A DNA stretch of 63,256 nucleotides, counting the filler, from Candidatus Omnitrophota bacterium (GTDB lineage: Bacteria; Omnitrophota; Gorgyraeia; Zapsychrales; Zapsychraceae): the NCBI GenBank assembly GCA_015233495.1. It is 4 parts of 4 records of this genome, joined end to end, with 100 filler letters (N's around TTAATTAATTAA, not from the genome) between each part and the next. Parts side by side here need not be neighbours in the genome. Positions count along the whole stretch, not along the records: positions 1 to 29,819 come from JADFXQ010000020.1; 3 more parts are not named here. One strand, written 5' to 3'. The translations under genes were made by a program, and so were the position numbers. The notes below the pieces were generated by a model. The model searched no databases. It was not told where the DNA came from and saw nothing but the letters and a program-made list of their open reading frames with translations. Each line of letters begins with the position of its first letter. Position 1 is the stretch's first letter. Below are positions 9,931 through 18,803 of the stretch, piece after piece.

Positions 9931-10286
9931 AAGTGAGAGATCAGGTGGATTTAGGGATCGTTAAAGTCAATAAACGGTTTTTGTCCGAATTGGCTTACGC
10001 GGTGATTCAGGAAATCGACGGCGTGGTTGTCGCCGACGGGTCCGTGCGGCAAAAATTCCAGGCGTTTTTCTTGGGAATGCCGCATCCGGCCATTGAAGTC
10101 GTGGAAGATGAGCCGGGAGAAATATCTTTGAATATCGACGTTAATGTCCGGTTAGGGCTGAATATCACGGATGTGGCGCGCCTCGTCCAAGACGCTGTCC
10201 GGACCATGATCCACAAAACCGTGGATTTGAAAGCCCGGGATGTCAATGTGACGATTCAAGGCGTGATCGCGAAAATTTTAACATAG
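9927..10286 (+). CDS. Asp23/Gls24 family envelope stress protein
   Basis: LG.VKV...EIDGV...[13 protein letters not shown]...VNVTIQGV pattern; follows accC as yqhY does in Bacillus. Confidence 0.8.
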   Translation: MKVRDQVDLGIVKVNKRFLSELAYAVIQEIDGVVVADGSVRQKFQAFFLGMPHPAIEVVEDEPGEISLNIDVNVRLGLNITDVARLVQDAVRTMIHKTVDLKARDVNVTIQGVIAKILT

Positions 10287-10294
10287 GAGAACGC

Positions 10295-10897
10295 ATGAAA
10301 TTTCTCACTCGTCTGATCGTTGAATTTTATGTCATTGGCATTTTGTTGATTGGGGTTTTTCTCGTCTTGTTTTCCGCGCATCTGATCGATTTTCAAATTC
10401 TGGCGCATTATTTGAAGGTGGCTTACACCGACGAAAAATTAAAAACCGGATTGACCATTACAGGCTTTGTCTTGCTCGTGTTAAATTTTATTGTTTACCG
10501 GGCTTTTTATTTGAGCCAACGCCGTGATCGTCTCGTGACGTTTGACAATGAGGCGGGCCGGGTCAGTGTTTCTCTTTTGGCTTTGGAAGATCTTTTGGAA
10601 CAGTGCGTCGAACAGCTCCCAGAAGTCAAAGATGTCAAAATCTATCTACGCACTTCCCGCAAGGCCTTATGGGCAAAGGCGCGTTTGGAGCTGCGTTCTG
10701 ATGAGAATATCCAGCATGTCACGGGAAGAGTGCAAGATATCATTCGGCGCAAGGCGCAAGACGCGATCGGTGTTGATGAGGCGATCAAAGTCATGGTCCA
10801 TGTGAGCCGCATTTCCCCTGACAAACAGTCGGACAAGAAAAATTCCGGCGATCCATATAACCGGGGCAATATTCCGTTTCAAGGGTACCGAGCGTAG
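10295..10897 (+). CDS. Alkaline-shock membrane anchor AmaP-like protein
   Basis: Two N-terminal TM helices, then G.VSVSL.ALEDL Asp23-like domain; adjacent to an Asp23 gene. Confidence 0.7.
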   Translation: MKFLTRLIVEFYVIGILLIGVFLVLFSAHLIDFQILAHYLKVAYTDEKLKTGLTITGFVLLVLNFIVYRAFYLSQRRDRLVTFDNEAGRVSVSLLALEDLLEQCVEQLPEVKDVKIYLRTSRKALWAKARLELRSDENIQHVTGRVQDIIRRKAQDAIGVDEAIKVMVHVSRISPDKQSDKKNSGDPYNRGNIPFQGYRA

Positions 10898-10934
10898 ATT
10901 TTGGGCTGAGAATCGCGAATCTCAAGGAGCATTT

Positions 10935-11963
10935 ATGAAAAAAATCGGCATTCTTACTGGAGGAGCGGATTGCCCGGGAATGAATTCCGTGATTCGCGCG
11001 GTTGTCCGCAAATCCGTACAAGAAGGATGCGTGGTGACGGGGATAAAAAACGGCTGGAATGGCTTGGTGAATAATGATATGCGCGTGCTGGATTTGCGCA
11101 TGACCTCCGGCATCTTGGACCGCGGTGGCACGATTTTAGGGACCAGCCGCATGGTTTCGCCTTTGCCTACAGAGACCATGTCCGCAATCTATGAGAATTA
11201 TCGCCGCAGCGGCATTGACGCCTTGGTCGCGGTCGGCGGCGAAGACACGCTAAAGATCGCCCTTGATCTTTATGTCCAATTTCAGCTCCCCATAGTCGGC
11301 GTGCCCAAATCGATTGACAACGAACTCTCCGGAACGGATTATGCTTTCGGTTTTGACACGGCGGTGAATATCGCCACGGAATGTATTGACCGGCTGCATA
11401 CTACGGCGGAAAGTCATCACCGCATTATTGTTATTGAGGTTATGGGACGGCATACGGGTTGGATCGCGGTTCAGGCAGGGATTGCCGGCGGCGCGAATTT
11501 TATGCTGGTTCCGGAGTTTCCCGTCGATATTGATAAACTGTGTAACGCTTTACAGGAACGCAACCGCCGGGGAAAAATGTACAGCATTATTGTGGTTTCC
11601 GAGGGGGCGCAGATCAAAGGGCATTTCAATCCGCGCGCCGAATCTCCCGACGATCATCACAGCCGCAGCCCGAAAATCGGCGAAACTATTGCCAAATTGA
11701 TTGAATTGAAGACGGGATGCGAGACCCGGGTGAGCGTGTTGGGACATATCCAGCGCGGCGGAACGCCCACGGCCCAGGATCGGTTGATTGGCACGCGTTT
11801 TGGCGTGAAATCTGTAGAGTTGATTTTAGCGAAACAATTTGGGAAAATGGTGAGTTTGAAAGGCAATAAGATCCAATGCGTTGATATGAGTTTGGCGGTG
11901 AGTCGACGGAAAACCATTGATAAAGATTTATATTATATCGCAACAGCGTTTTCCGATATTTAA
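10935..11963 (+). CDS. pfkA: 6-phosphofructokinase, PfkA family (probably PPi-dependent or mixed-substrate group)
   Basis: LTGGADCPGMN, GGTILGTSR, GGEDT, PKSIDNE, EVMGRHTGW, LGHIQRGG. Confidence 0.92.
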   Translation: MKKIGILTGGADCPGMNSVIRAVVRKSVQEGCVVTGIKNGWNGLVNNDMRVLDLRMTSGILDRGGTILGTSRMVSPLPTETMSAIYENYRRSGIDALVAVGGEDTLKIALDLYVQFQLPIVGVPKSIDNELSGTDYAFGFDTAVNIATECIDRLHTTAESHHRIIVIEVMGRHTGWIAVQAGIAGGANFMLVPEFPVDIDKLCNALQERNRRGKMYSIIVVSEGAQIKGHFNPRAESPDDHHSRSPKIGETIAKLIELKTGCETRVSVLGHIQRGGTPTAQDRLIGTRFGVKSVELILAKQFGKMVSLKGNKIQCVDMSLAVSRRKTIDKDLYYIATAFSDI

Positions 11964-11996
11964 GAAAACGCGCCGGGATGTCATTTTTTATTTTAT

Positions 11997-12596
11997 ATGC
12001 AATTTAAGCTTGCTCATATTTTAGAAGAATCGATTGCCGCGAAACGCGAAGCCTTCCGCTCGAATCACGAAAAACTTCTGGCGCTGGTCGCGCTGTTGGT
12101 CGATTGTCTGAACCAAGGCGGGAAAATTTTAATCTTCGGCAACGGCGGATCCGCCGCGGACAGCCAGCATATTGCCGCGGAATTTATCGGCAGGTTTCAA
12201 AAAGAGCGCCGCGCTTTAGCCGCTATAGCCCTTTCGACCGACACATCCATACTCACCGCATTAGCTAATGATTATACGACGGATATAATTTTTTCCCGGC
12301 AGATTGAGGCCTTAGGGCGGCCGGGCGATGTTGTTTGGGGAATTTCCACCAGCGGGCGTTCTCCCAATGTGGTTCAGGGGATTGAAACTGCCCGGCGGAT
12401 GGGACTCAAGACTGTCACTTTTACCGGGAAAGACGGAGGTTTGTTATTGGGATTATCGGATTTGAATATCAATGTTCCCGCGGCGGTCACGGCCCGGGTT
12501 CAGGAATCCCATATTTGCATGGCGCACGCAGTGTGCGAGTTGGTGGAAGATAGCATAGCCGCGGCGGACGCCGAATCCGGGAGAAAACGGACGTGA
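11997..12596 (+). CDS. gmhA: D-sedoheptulose 7-phosphate isomerase
   Basis: GNGGSAADSQHIAAE, ISTSGRSPNV, RVQESH. Confidence 0.95.
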   Translation: MQFKLAHILEESIAAKREAFRSNHEKLLALVALLVDCLNQGGKILIFGNGGSAADSQHIAAEFIGRFQKERRALAAIALSTDTSILTALANDYTTDIIFSRQIEALGRPGDVVWGISTSGRSPNVVQGIETARRMGLKTVTFTGKDGGLLLGLSDLNINVPAAVTARVQESHICMAHAVCELVEDSIAAADAESGRKRT

Positions 12597-13084
12597 AAGT
12601 TTCCCCTAAAATTATTTTAGATTGGCCCGTGTTGCAAAAGCAAGTCGAGTTGGCCCGGCAAGCCGGCAAAAAGATTGCGTTTACCAATGGTTGTTTTGAT
12701 CTGATTCATTACGGCCACGTGCGTTATCTGCAAGCGGCAAAAAAAACGAAACGTATTTTGGTTGTAGGGTTAAATAGTGACGCGTCGGTTCGACGGAATA
12801 AAGGCCAAGAACGGCCGATTGTTAAGCAGATGCAAAGAGCGGAAGTTTTGGCGGCTTTGCAATGTGTTGATTGGGTCACGCTTTTCGCGGAAGATACGCC
12901 CCAAAGATTGGTCGAGGTTTTGCAACCCGATGTTTTGGTTAAGGGCGCGGATTGGCGGGGAAAGCCGGTGGCAGGCAGCGATGTGGTGCGGGCCAGAAAA
13001 GGGCGGGTGGAATTCATCCGCTATGTGCCGGGGAGTTCGACAACCCTTTTGATTAAAAAGATTCTTAAGACATGCCGGGATTAA
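12593..13084 (+). CDS. rfaE2: D-glycero-beta-D-manno-heptose 1-phosphate adenylyltransferase
   Basis: FTNGCFDLIHYGHVRYL, GLNSDASV, LVKGADW. Confidence 0.93.
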   Translation: MKVSPKIILDWPVLQKQVELARQAGKKIAFTNGCFDLIHYGHVRYLQAAKKTKRILVVGLNSDASVRRNKGQERPIVKQMQRAEVLAALQCVDWVTLFAEDTPQRLVEVLQPDVLVKGADWRGKPVAGSDVVRARKGRVEFIRYVPGSSTTLLIKKILKTCRD

Positions 13085-13506
13085 ACGAAAAAAAAATATA
13101 CCGGATTTTAGACGCGAATTTAAATCGGGCCAAAGAAGGCTTGCGGGTGTGTGAAGATGTCTTTCGGTTTGTCTTGGAAGCGAAGACCCCAACGCGGCAG
13201 TGGAAAGACATTCGGCATCAATTGACCCAAGCCGCGGCGCCGCTGGGCTGGGACACGTTGATCGCGGCGCGGGATATTGAGACGGATGTAGGCAAGCATT
13301 CGTCGGTATCTGAAAACCGGCGGGGCGACTGTCAAGAGGTGTTCCGGGCCAATGTTCAGCGGGCCAAAGAATCGGTACGGGTTCTGGAAGAATTCGCCAA
13401 GCTTGTCGCGCCTGCGGCCGCGGAATCATTTAAAAAAATTCGTTACGCAATCTATGCTGTTGAAAAACAATCGGCTATCCGGCTCAAAACTTTATCTGAT
13501 TCTTGA
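13072..13506 (+). CDS. ThiD2-family protein (stand-alone homologue of the cyanobacterial ThiE N-terminal domain)
   Basis: RILDANLNRAKEGLRVCED...ANVQRAKESVRVLEEFAK...RYAIYAVEK. Confidence 0.85.
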   Translation: MPGLNEKKIYRILDANLNRAKEGLRVCEDVFRFVLEAKTPTRQWKDIRHQLTQAAAPLGWDTLIAARDIETDVGKHSSVSENRRGDCQEVFRANVQRAKESVRVLEEFAKLVAPAAAESFKKIRYAIYAVEKQSAIRLKTLSDS

Positions 13507-14077
13507 TACCCAAGTGGCGCCCTATGAAAAATTATTGCGCTTAGTCCGTAAGGTTGTTCCGGCGGGGGTGGATATCATTCAGCTGCGGGATAAATTCGGC
13601 TTGCCGCGGGATATGATTCGGTTTTCGCAAGCAATAAATCGGTTTACAAAGGGAGTCGTTCCCTATATTATTAACGACAGAATTGATGTGGCGTTAGCGG
13701 TGGATTGCGCCGGCGCGCATATCGGGCAAGAAGATCTTCCCTGTCCCGAGGCTCGACGGATTTTGGGGGATAAAAAGCTTATCGGGGTTTCTTGCCAGAC
13801 AGTCGCGCAGTGCCGCCAGGCAGAAAAAGACGGCGCGGATTATATCGGTTTTGGCAGTGTGTTCCCAACCCTGACAAAACCCGGACGTCCGCCGATGGAT
13901 TTGCGGATGTTGACGCAGGCAGTTGCGGCGGTTCGTATACCGGTTTTTCCGATTGGCGGCATTAAGATTGAGAACCGGGGCAAGCTGCAAAATTTAGGAA
14001 TAGAACGTTTGGCGGTTTGCCGGGCGGTTTTAGAATCGCCGCGTCCGGCAGAAACCGTTAAAATTTTGCGAGGGTAA
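13454..14077 (+). CDS. thiE: Thiamine-phosphate synthase
   Basis: QLRDK, INDRIDVA, HIGQED, GSVFPTLTK, PIGGI; ATG 13454. Confidence 0.93.
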   Translation: MLLKNNRLSGSKLYLILDTQVAPYEKLLRLVRKVVPAGVDIIQLRDKFGLPRDMIRFSQAINRFTKGVVPYIINDRIDVALAVDCAGAHIGQEDLPCPEARRILGDKKLIGVSCQTVAQCRQAEKDGADYIGFGSVFPTLTKPGRPPMDLRMLTQAVAAVRIPVFPIGGIKIENRGKLQNLGIERLAVCRAVLESPRPAETVKILRG

Positions 14078-14138
14078 TTCAATGGTAGAATGTCAGCTTC
14101 CCAAGCTGATAATGCGGGTTCGATTCCCGTCCCTCGCT
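14068..14138 (+). tRNA. tRNA-Gly (anticodon CCC), CCA not encoded
   Basis: Acceptor stem GCGAGGG/CCCTCGC, D-loop AATGGTA, anticodon arm TCAGC-TTCCCAA-GCTGA, T-arm GCGGG-TTCGATT-CCCGT. Confidence 0.95.
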
Positions 14139-14167
14139 GTTAATTTCGCCGGAGGCGAAATTAACAG
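14137..14167 (+). terminator. Perfect 14-bp hairpin at the tRNA 3' end
   Basis: CTGTTAATTTCGCC-GGA-GGCGAAATTAACAG; no U-tract, so terminator function is uncertain. Confidence 0.45.
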
Positions 14168-14280
14168 AGAGAGGCGAGAAGAGATAGGAGCGAGGAGAAA
14201 AACAAACATTTCGCCTCTCGGTCGCCTTTCGACTTTCGCGGTCTATTCGCGATTTTCAAAAGCAGCAAGAAAAAAGCATC

Positions 14281-14955
14281 ATGATGAAACCAAAGTATCT
14301 TTTTTTTGTTTTTGCTCTCGCGACGCTTACTGGCTGCGCCACTCTTGAAACCGGCGGAAAAACAGGCGGGGCGGGAACAAAACTGCCGGCGGCCGTTAAA
14401 GGCGTCTATCACCAGGTCAAGCGGGATGAAACGCTTTGGCGGATTGCTAAAACCTACAATGTATCCATTGCCGATATTGTTGCCTTCAACAAGATTTCGG
14501 ATACGACGAATCTGGAAAAAAATCAAATGATTTTTATTCCGGGCGCCGATCGGGTGCTCGATACGGCTTTTAATGCCGCAGACCGCTCTTTAGATTTCAT
14601 TTGGCCGGTCAAAGGAAAAGTTATCCGCTCGTTTCATGCGCATCTCGAGCAGGGGATGCTCAACAACGGCATTCAAATCGCCGCGCCGGAAGGAACGCCG
14701 GTTGTCGCGTCGCGGACAGGAAAGGTTGTTTTTGTCGATTATTTAAACGGATACGGCGGCACGGTCATTTTGGATCATCACGACGGATATTTTACCGTGT
14801 ACGCCCGTAATGCCGATATTTTTCCGAAATTGGAGGACACGGTTGTTCAGGGGCAGCCTATCGGAAGGGTGGGGCGCGCGCATGGGACCACGGCCTTGCT
14901 TTTTGAAGTGCGGCGACAAAACATTGCCGATAATCCGATTTTTTATTTGCCGTAG
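14281..14955 (+). CDS. LysM + M23-domain lipoprotein (NlpD-like)
   Basis: Lipobox LTGC, LysM (YHQVKRDETLWRIAKTY), FIWPVKG M23 fold lacking the metal ligands (NNGIQI, YAR, LLFE). Confidence 0.88.
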   Translation: MMKPKYLFFVFALATLTGCATLETGGKTGGAGTKLPAAVKGVYHQVKRDETLWRIAKTYNVSIADIVAFNKISDTTNLEKNQMIFIPGADRVLDTAFNAADRSLDFIWPVKGKVIRSFHAHLEQGMLNNGIQIAAPEGTPVVASRTGKVVFVDYLNGYGGTVILDHHDGYFTVYARNADIFPKLEDTVVQGQPIGRVGRAHGTTALLFEVRRQNIADNPIFYLP

Positions 14956-14986
14956 TTGACCGTAGTCCGTTAACAGAAATGATGCT

Positions 14987-16621
14987 ATGATCGGCTCCGA
15001 TATCGAATACAAATTTTTTGGGCGCAGGCCGGTTTTAGAGCTGTTGAAACGCCGAGTCTTGGATCTCAAGGAAGGTTATCGGCAGAACATGGCTTTGATC
15101 GGCAATCGGCATATTGGAAAAAGCGCGCTGATTCGTCAATTCCTCACGAATCTGGATGACCGCGAAGTGGTCGCGGTTTATCTCGATCTGGAAAATCGGG
15201 AGTTTGATTATTTTCTTGCCAAAATGGCGACGAGTCTGCTTTACGATTATTCCCGCCTTAAAAATCTCCCTTTGCAGGATGATATGCGGTTGCTCATGGA
15301 AGGCGTTCGGTCTTTGCTTCCGATGACGGTGCAGGTAATTGAACATATTCTGAAAGACGCGGCCGAGCGCCGTTGCAATGACGCCTTTCTGGGGCTGATG
15401 ACTATGGCGGAAGTCTTCAGCAATGAGACGGGTCTGTTTTGCGTTTTGATTTTCGATGAATTTCATTATATGGAAGAGTTTGGCATCACGGAGGTTTTCC
15501 TTAAGCTCGGCAAGAAAATCATGACGCAAAAACGGTGCCTATACATCATGGCAAGTTCTTACCCGGTTTTGGCAAAAAAAATCTTAACGGAAAAATTGTC
15601 TTTATTGTTTGGCAATTTTGAAACTCTGGAATTGGATGCCTTTGAACCGCAATCAGCCCAAATGTTTGTGGATTATTATTTGGGGGACGTGCGGATGAGC
15701 AGAGAATTGCGGAATTTTTTAGCGGATTTTACCGCGGGATATCCGTTGTATTTGATGTTGATTTGCCGTGAATTGGCCGGATTAAGCGCTATGCATAAAC
15801 AGCGCGAAATTTATCTTCCGATTTTGGCGCAGGCGGTGGAAAACACAATCTTTGATAAATGGGGAGAGATTAGCCGGCATTTTGAGTCTGCGGTAAAAGA
15901 TCTTTCAACGGGTAAGGCGAACCGTTTGATGATGACGGTTTTGATCGCGATTGCCAACGGGCAGAATCGTCCCGAAGATTTGTTAAAAGTTGTGCAGTTA
16001 AAAAAGGCCCCGCTCACCCAAAGGTTGAATCGTCTGTTGGATTTGGGGATCATTGTCAAAAACGGGAATTATTATTATTTTAAAGATAAACTTTTCAAAT
16101 ATTGGACCCAATATGTTTATCAACGCCGGCTGAAAGACGTTGAACTCTTGCCGGATAAACAGCGCCGGGAATTTAAAGAAGAATTCAACCGCGCGGTTGC
16201 CAATCATGAAAATTGTTCGCGGAAAGATTTTTCTTCAAGGATCATCGAATTGCTTAATTGTTTTGACAATGAGGCTTTGCAGCTCAATGGCCGGAAATAC
16301 AAACTTCCCGCTTTTGACCGGGTGGAGATTTCAAAAATCAAAAATGAAACCGGCGGGGCGATTGACGTTATTCGAGGACATTTTGGGGAAAAAGATTGGC
16401 TAATCGCCGCGAAAAAAGATAATTTCGCGGAGGGCGATTTGAACACCGTCTTGGCGGAAACGCGCAAGACGGGCAACAAACCCGGCCAATGCTTGATCGT
16501 TTCGCTGTCGCCTATCGACCAGAATGCGCGTTTGAAGGCTTTGCAGGAGCGTTTTTGGGTGTGGAGTGAAAATGAAGTCAATACTTTATTAACCTTGTTC
16601 GACAAACCATTTATCGCGTGA
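14987..16621 (+). CDS. AAA+ ATP-binding protein (archaeal-ATPase/ATPase_2-like) with winged helix
   Basis: FFGR..., Walker A GNRHIGKS, Walker B LIFDEF, TAGYPLYL, wHTH LNRLLDLGII. Confidence 0.75.
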   Translation: MIGSDIEYKFFGRRPVLELLKRRVLDLKEGYRQNMALIGNRHIGKSALIRQFLTNLDDREVVAVYLDLENREFDYFLAKMATSLLYDYSRLKNLPLQDDMRLLMEGVRSLLPMTVQVIEHILKDAAERRCNDAFLGLMTMAEVFSNETGLFCVLIFDEFHYMEEFGITEVFLKLGKKIMTQKRCLYIMASSYPVLAKKILTEKLSLLFGNFETLELDAFEPQSAQMFVDYYLGDVRMSRELRNFLADFTAGYPLYLMLICRELAGLSAMHKQREIYLPILAQAVENTIFDKWGEISRHFESAVKDLSTGKANRLMMTVLIAIANGQNRPEDLLKVVQLKKAPLTQRLNRLLDLGIIVKNGNYYYFKDKLFKYWTQYVYQRRLKDVELLPDKQRREFKEEFNRAVANHENCSRKDFSSRIIELLNCFDNEALQLNGRKYKLPAFDRVEISKIKNETGGAIDVIRGHFGEKDWLIAAKKDNFAEGDLNTVLAETRKTGNKPGQCLIVSLSPIDQNARLKALQERFWVWSENEVNTLLTLFDKPFIA

Positions 16622-17097
16622 TGCGCTTAGGCATTCTTTCCGATACCCATAATCAGCCGATCCCCTCCGAGGTTTTGGAAGAGCTTCGCCATGTGGATTT
16701 GATCATCCACGCGGGTGATATTTGCGATGAGGCGACTTTGAGCCGGCTGCAGTCTTTAGCCAAAGTGTGCGCGGTTTGCGGGAACATGGATGATGGCCGG
16801 CTGCGGCAGAAACTTTCGGAGACTCAGGTTATTCAGGTTGAAAATATGACGGTCGGGGTATTCCACGGCGTGGGGCCGGCGTCCCGGGTCGTGGAGTTTG
16901 TGCGGGAGAAATTTGCCGGACAAAAAGTCGACGCGGTTATTTTCGGACATTCGCATCAGCCGTTTCAGGAAAAGATCGACGGGATATTGTATTTCAATCC
17001 CGGAAGCCCCAACGATCACGTTTGCGCGCCGTATTGCTCTTATGGGATTATGGAAATTCATGACGGGAAGATTGAAGCGCGCATTGTAAAATGCTAA
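16621..17097 (+). CDS. Metallophosphoesterase (YfcE/MJ0936 family)
   Basis: SDTH, HAGD, GNMD, FGHSH, NPGS. Confidence 0.92.
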   Translation: MRLGILSDTHNQPIPSEVLEELRHVDLIIHAGDICDEATLSRLQSLAKVCAVCGNMDDGRLRQKLSETQVIQVENMTVGVFHGVGPASRVVEFVREKFAGQKVDAVIFGHSHQPFQEKIDGILYFNPGSPNDHVCAPYCSYGIMEIHDGKIEARIVKC

Positions 17098-17140
17098 ATG
17101 AGCCATTTCGCGCTGAATTTTGTTAAGCGGGAATCATTAT

Positions 17141-17659
17141 ATGCGGCGTTTAAAAAAAACCGAACAACCTAATATTATCTGGGCGCCTTGGCGGTCGGAT
17201 TATATCTCCCGGGCTTTGCCGGAACCGCCGGGCTGTATTTTTTGCCGGATGATCGGCCGAAAAAAAGACGCGGCTGATCTGCTGATCGCGCGGCGAAAAA
17301 AATGTTTCGCGGTTTTGAATCTTTATCCCTATAACAATGGCCACACCCTGATTGTGCCCAATCGGCATACTGGGGACCTGAATGAGTTGCAAAGGGAAGA
17401 GCGGGATGATTGTCTTGATCTGCTAAAGGAGATTCGGGATCTGCTGCAAGCTGAGCTTAAACCCGCGGGATTCAATATCGGGATCAATTTAGGCCGGGTC
17501 GCGGGCGCGGGGTGTCCGGACCATTTGCACATTCATATCGTCCCCCGTTGGCCGGGTGACATGAATTTTATGCCGGTATTAGCCGGAACAAAAGTTATTT
17601 CACAATCTTTACAAGCCTTACACCGGCAGTTAAAAAATGCGTACACGTCAAGACATTGA
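17141..17659 (+). CDS. HIT-domain protein (Ap4A hydrolase/phosphorylase-like)
   Basis: WAPWR, CIFC, NLYPYNNGH, HLHIHIVPRW. Confidence 0.92.
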   Translation: MRRLKKTEQPNIIWAPWRSDYISRALPEPPGCIFCRMIGRKKDAADLLIARRKKCFAVLNLYPYNNGHTLIVPNRHTGDLNELQREERDDCLDLLKEIRDLLQAELKPAGFNIGINLGRVAGAGCPDHLHIHIVPRWPGDMNFMPVLAGTKVISQSLQALHRQLKNAYTSRH

Positions 17660-18803
17660 AGAATGGGAAGACCGGATTCTCGCTTTGTACGCGGCGCGCA
17701 GCCGCGAATCTTTAGGCCGGGAATTTGATGAGCCTCTGCAGGAAATCCGCACCTGTTATCAGCGGGACCGCGACCGGGTCGTTCATTCGGAGGCGTTTCG
17801 CAAGCTGGAATATAAAACGCAGGTGTTTGTGATTTTCGAGGGTGATTATTACCGCACCCGATTGACCCATTCGATTGAAGTGGCGCAAATCGCCCGGACG
17901 ATCGGCCGCAGTCTGGGCTTGAACGAAGACCTGATTGAGGCGATTGCCTTGGCGCATGATTTGGGACATCCGCCTTTTGGGCACGCCGGGGAAACCATGC
18001 TCAATGATCTGATGAAGATGCATGGAGGGTTCAATCATAATTTTCGCAGTTATGAAATTGTCACCCGTTTGGAAAAGCGTTATCCGGATTTTGACGGTTT
18101 GAATTTAAGCCGGGAAGTCTTGGTGGGGATTTTAAAACACGAGACAAACTATGATATTCAAGGCCGGGTTCCGGCTTATAAAGATATCGGGCCGACCCTC
18201 GAAGCGAAGGTGGTGGATGTCGCGGACGCTTTGGCCTATTTATCCCATGACGTGGACGACGGTTTGACTTCGGGGTGCATTGACGAAGCGGATTTGGCGG
18301 CGAGCGGGCTTTGGCAGCAGGCCCGCCGGCGCGTGGACGGCGTCACGAACGATGTCATGCGCAAGTATCAGTTGGTAAAATTTTTGATCGACGCCCAGGT
18401 ACGGGATTTGCTCGATTTTTCCAGCAGCCATCTGCGGGAGCGGAATTTTCGTTCGGCCGCGGAGGCCCAGCGCTGGCATCTGGCGCGGCCGCGGGACGCG
18501 GCGATCGGGTTTAGCCCGGCGATGAAAAGCGACGTGCAGTTTTTGCAAGAAATTTTGTTGGAAAAATTATATCATCATTACCGGGTCGAACGGATGACTT
18601 CGAAGGCCAAACGGATCATTCAGGATTTGTTCGACGTCTATTTGGAAAATCCAAAACAATTGCCGTATCATGTTTATGAACGGGCAAAAAATTATTCCCG
18701 GACGGAGGTTTATCAGGTGATCTGCGGATACATTGCCGGGATGACAGATCGCTTCGCACTCGATGAGCACAAAAAATTATTCAATCCCTACCAAAAAGTA
18801 TAA
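17637..18803 (+). CDS. dgt: Deoxyguanosinetriphosphate triphosphohydrolase (dGTPase-like)
   Basis: RDRDRVVHSEAFRKLEYKTQV, RTRLTHSIEV, AHDLGHPPFGHAGE, YIAGMTDRFA. Confidence 0.93.
   Translation: MRTRQDIEEWEDRILALYAARSRESLGREFDEPLQEIRTCYQRDRDRVVHSEAFRKLEYKTQVFVIFEGDYYRTRLTHSIEVAQIARTIGRSLGLNEDLIEAIALAHDLGHPPFGHAGETMLNDLMKMHGGFNHNFRSYEIVTRLEKRYPDFDGLNLSREVLVGILKHETNYDIQGRVPAYKDIGPTLEAKVVDVADALAYLSHDVDDGLTSGCIDEADLAASGLWQQARRRVDGVTNDVMRKYQLVKFLIDAQVRDLLDFSSSHLRERNFRSAAEAQRWHLARPRDAAIGFSPAMKSDVQFLQEILLEKLYHHYRVERMTSKAKRIIQDLFDVYLENPKQLPYHVYERAKNYSRTEVYQVICGYIAGMTDRFALDEHKKLFNPYQKV

Noticed and set aside
14068..14280. tRNA as an integration site for an island
   Set aside because: No integrase and no duplicated tRNA 3' end seen; downstream genes look core
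14082..14348. 88-aa ORF MVECQLPKL...
   Set aside because: Translation of the tRNA-Gly gene and its hairpin; spurious
17637..18803. dGTPase as an anti-phage system
   Set aside because: Short housekeeping-type enzyme in a core operon with no defence-island context
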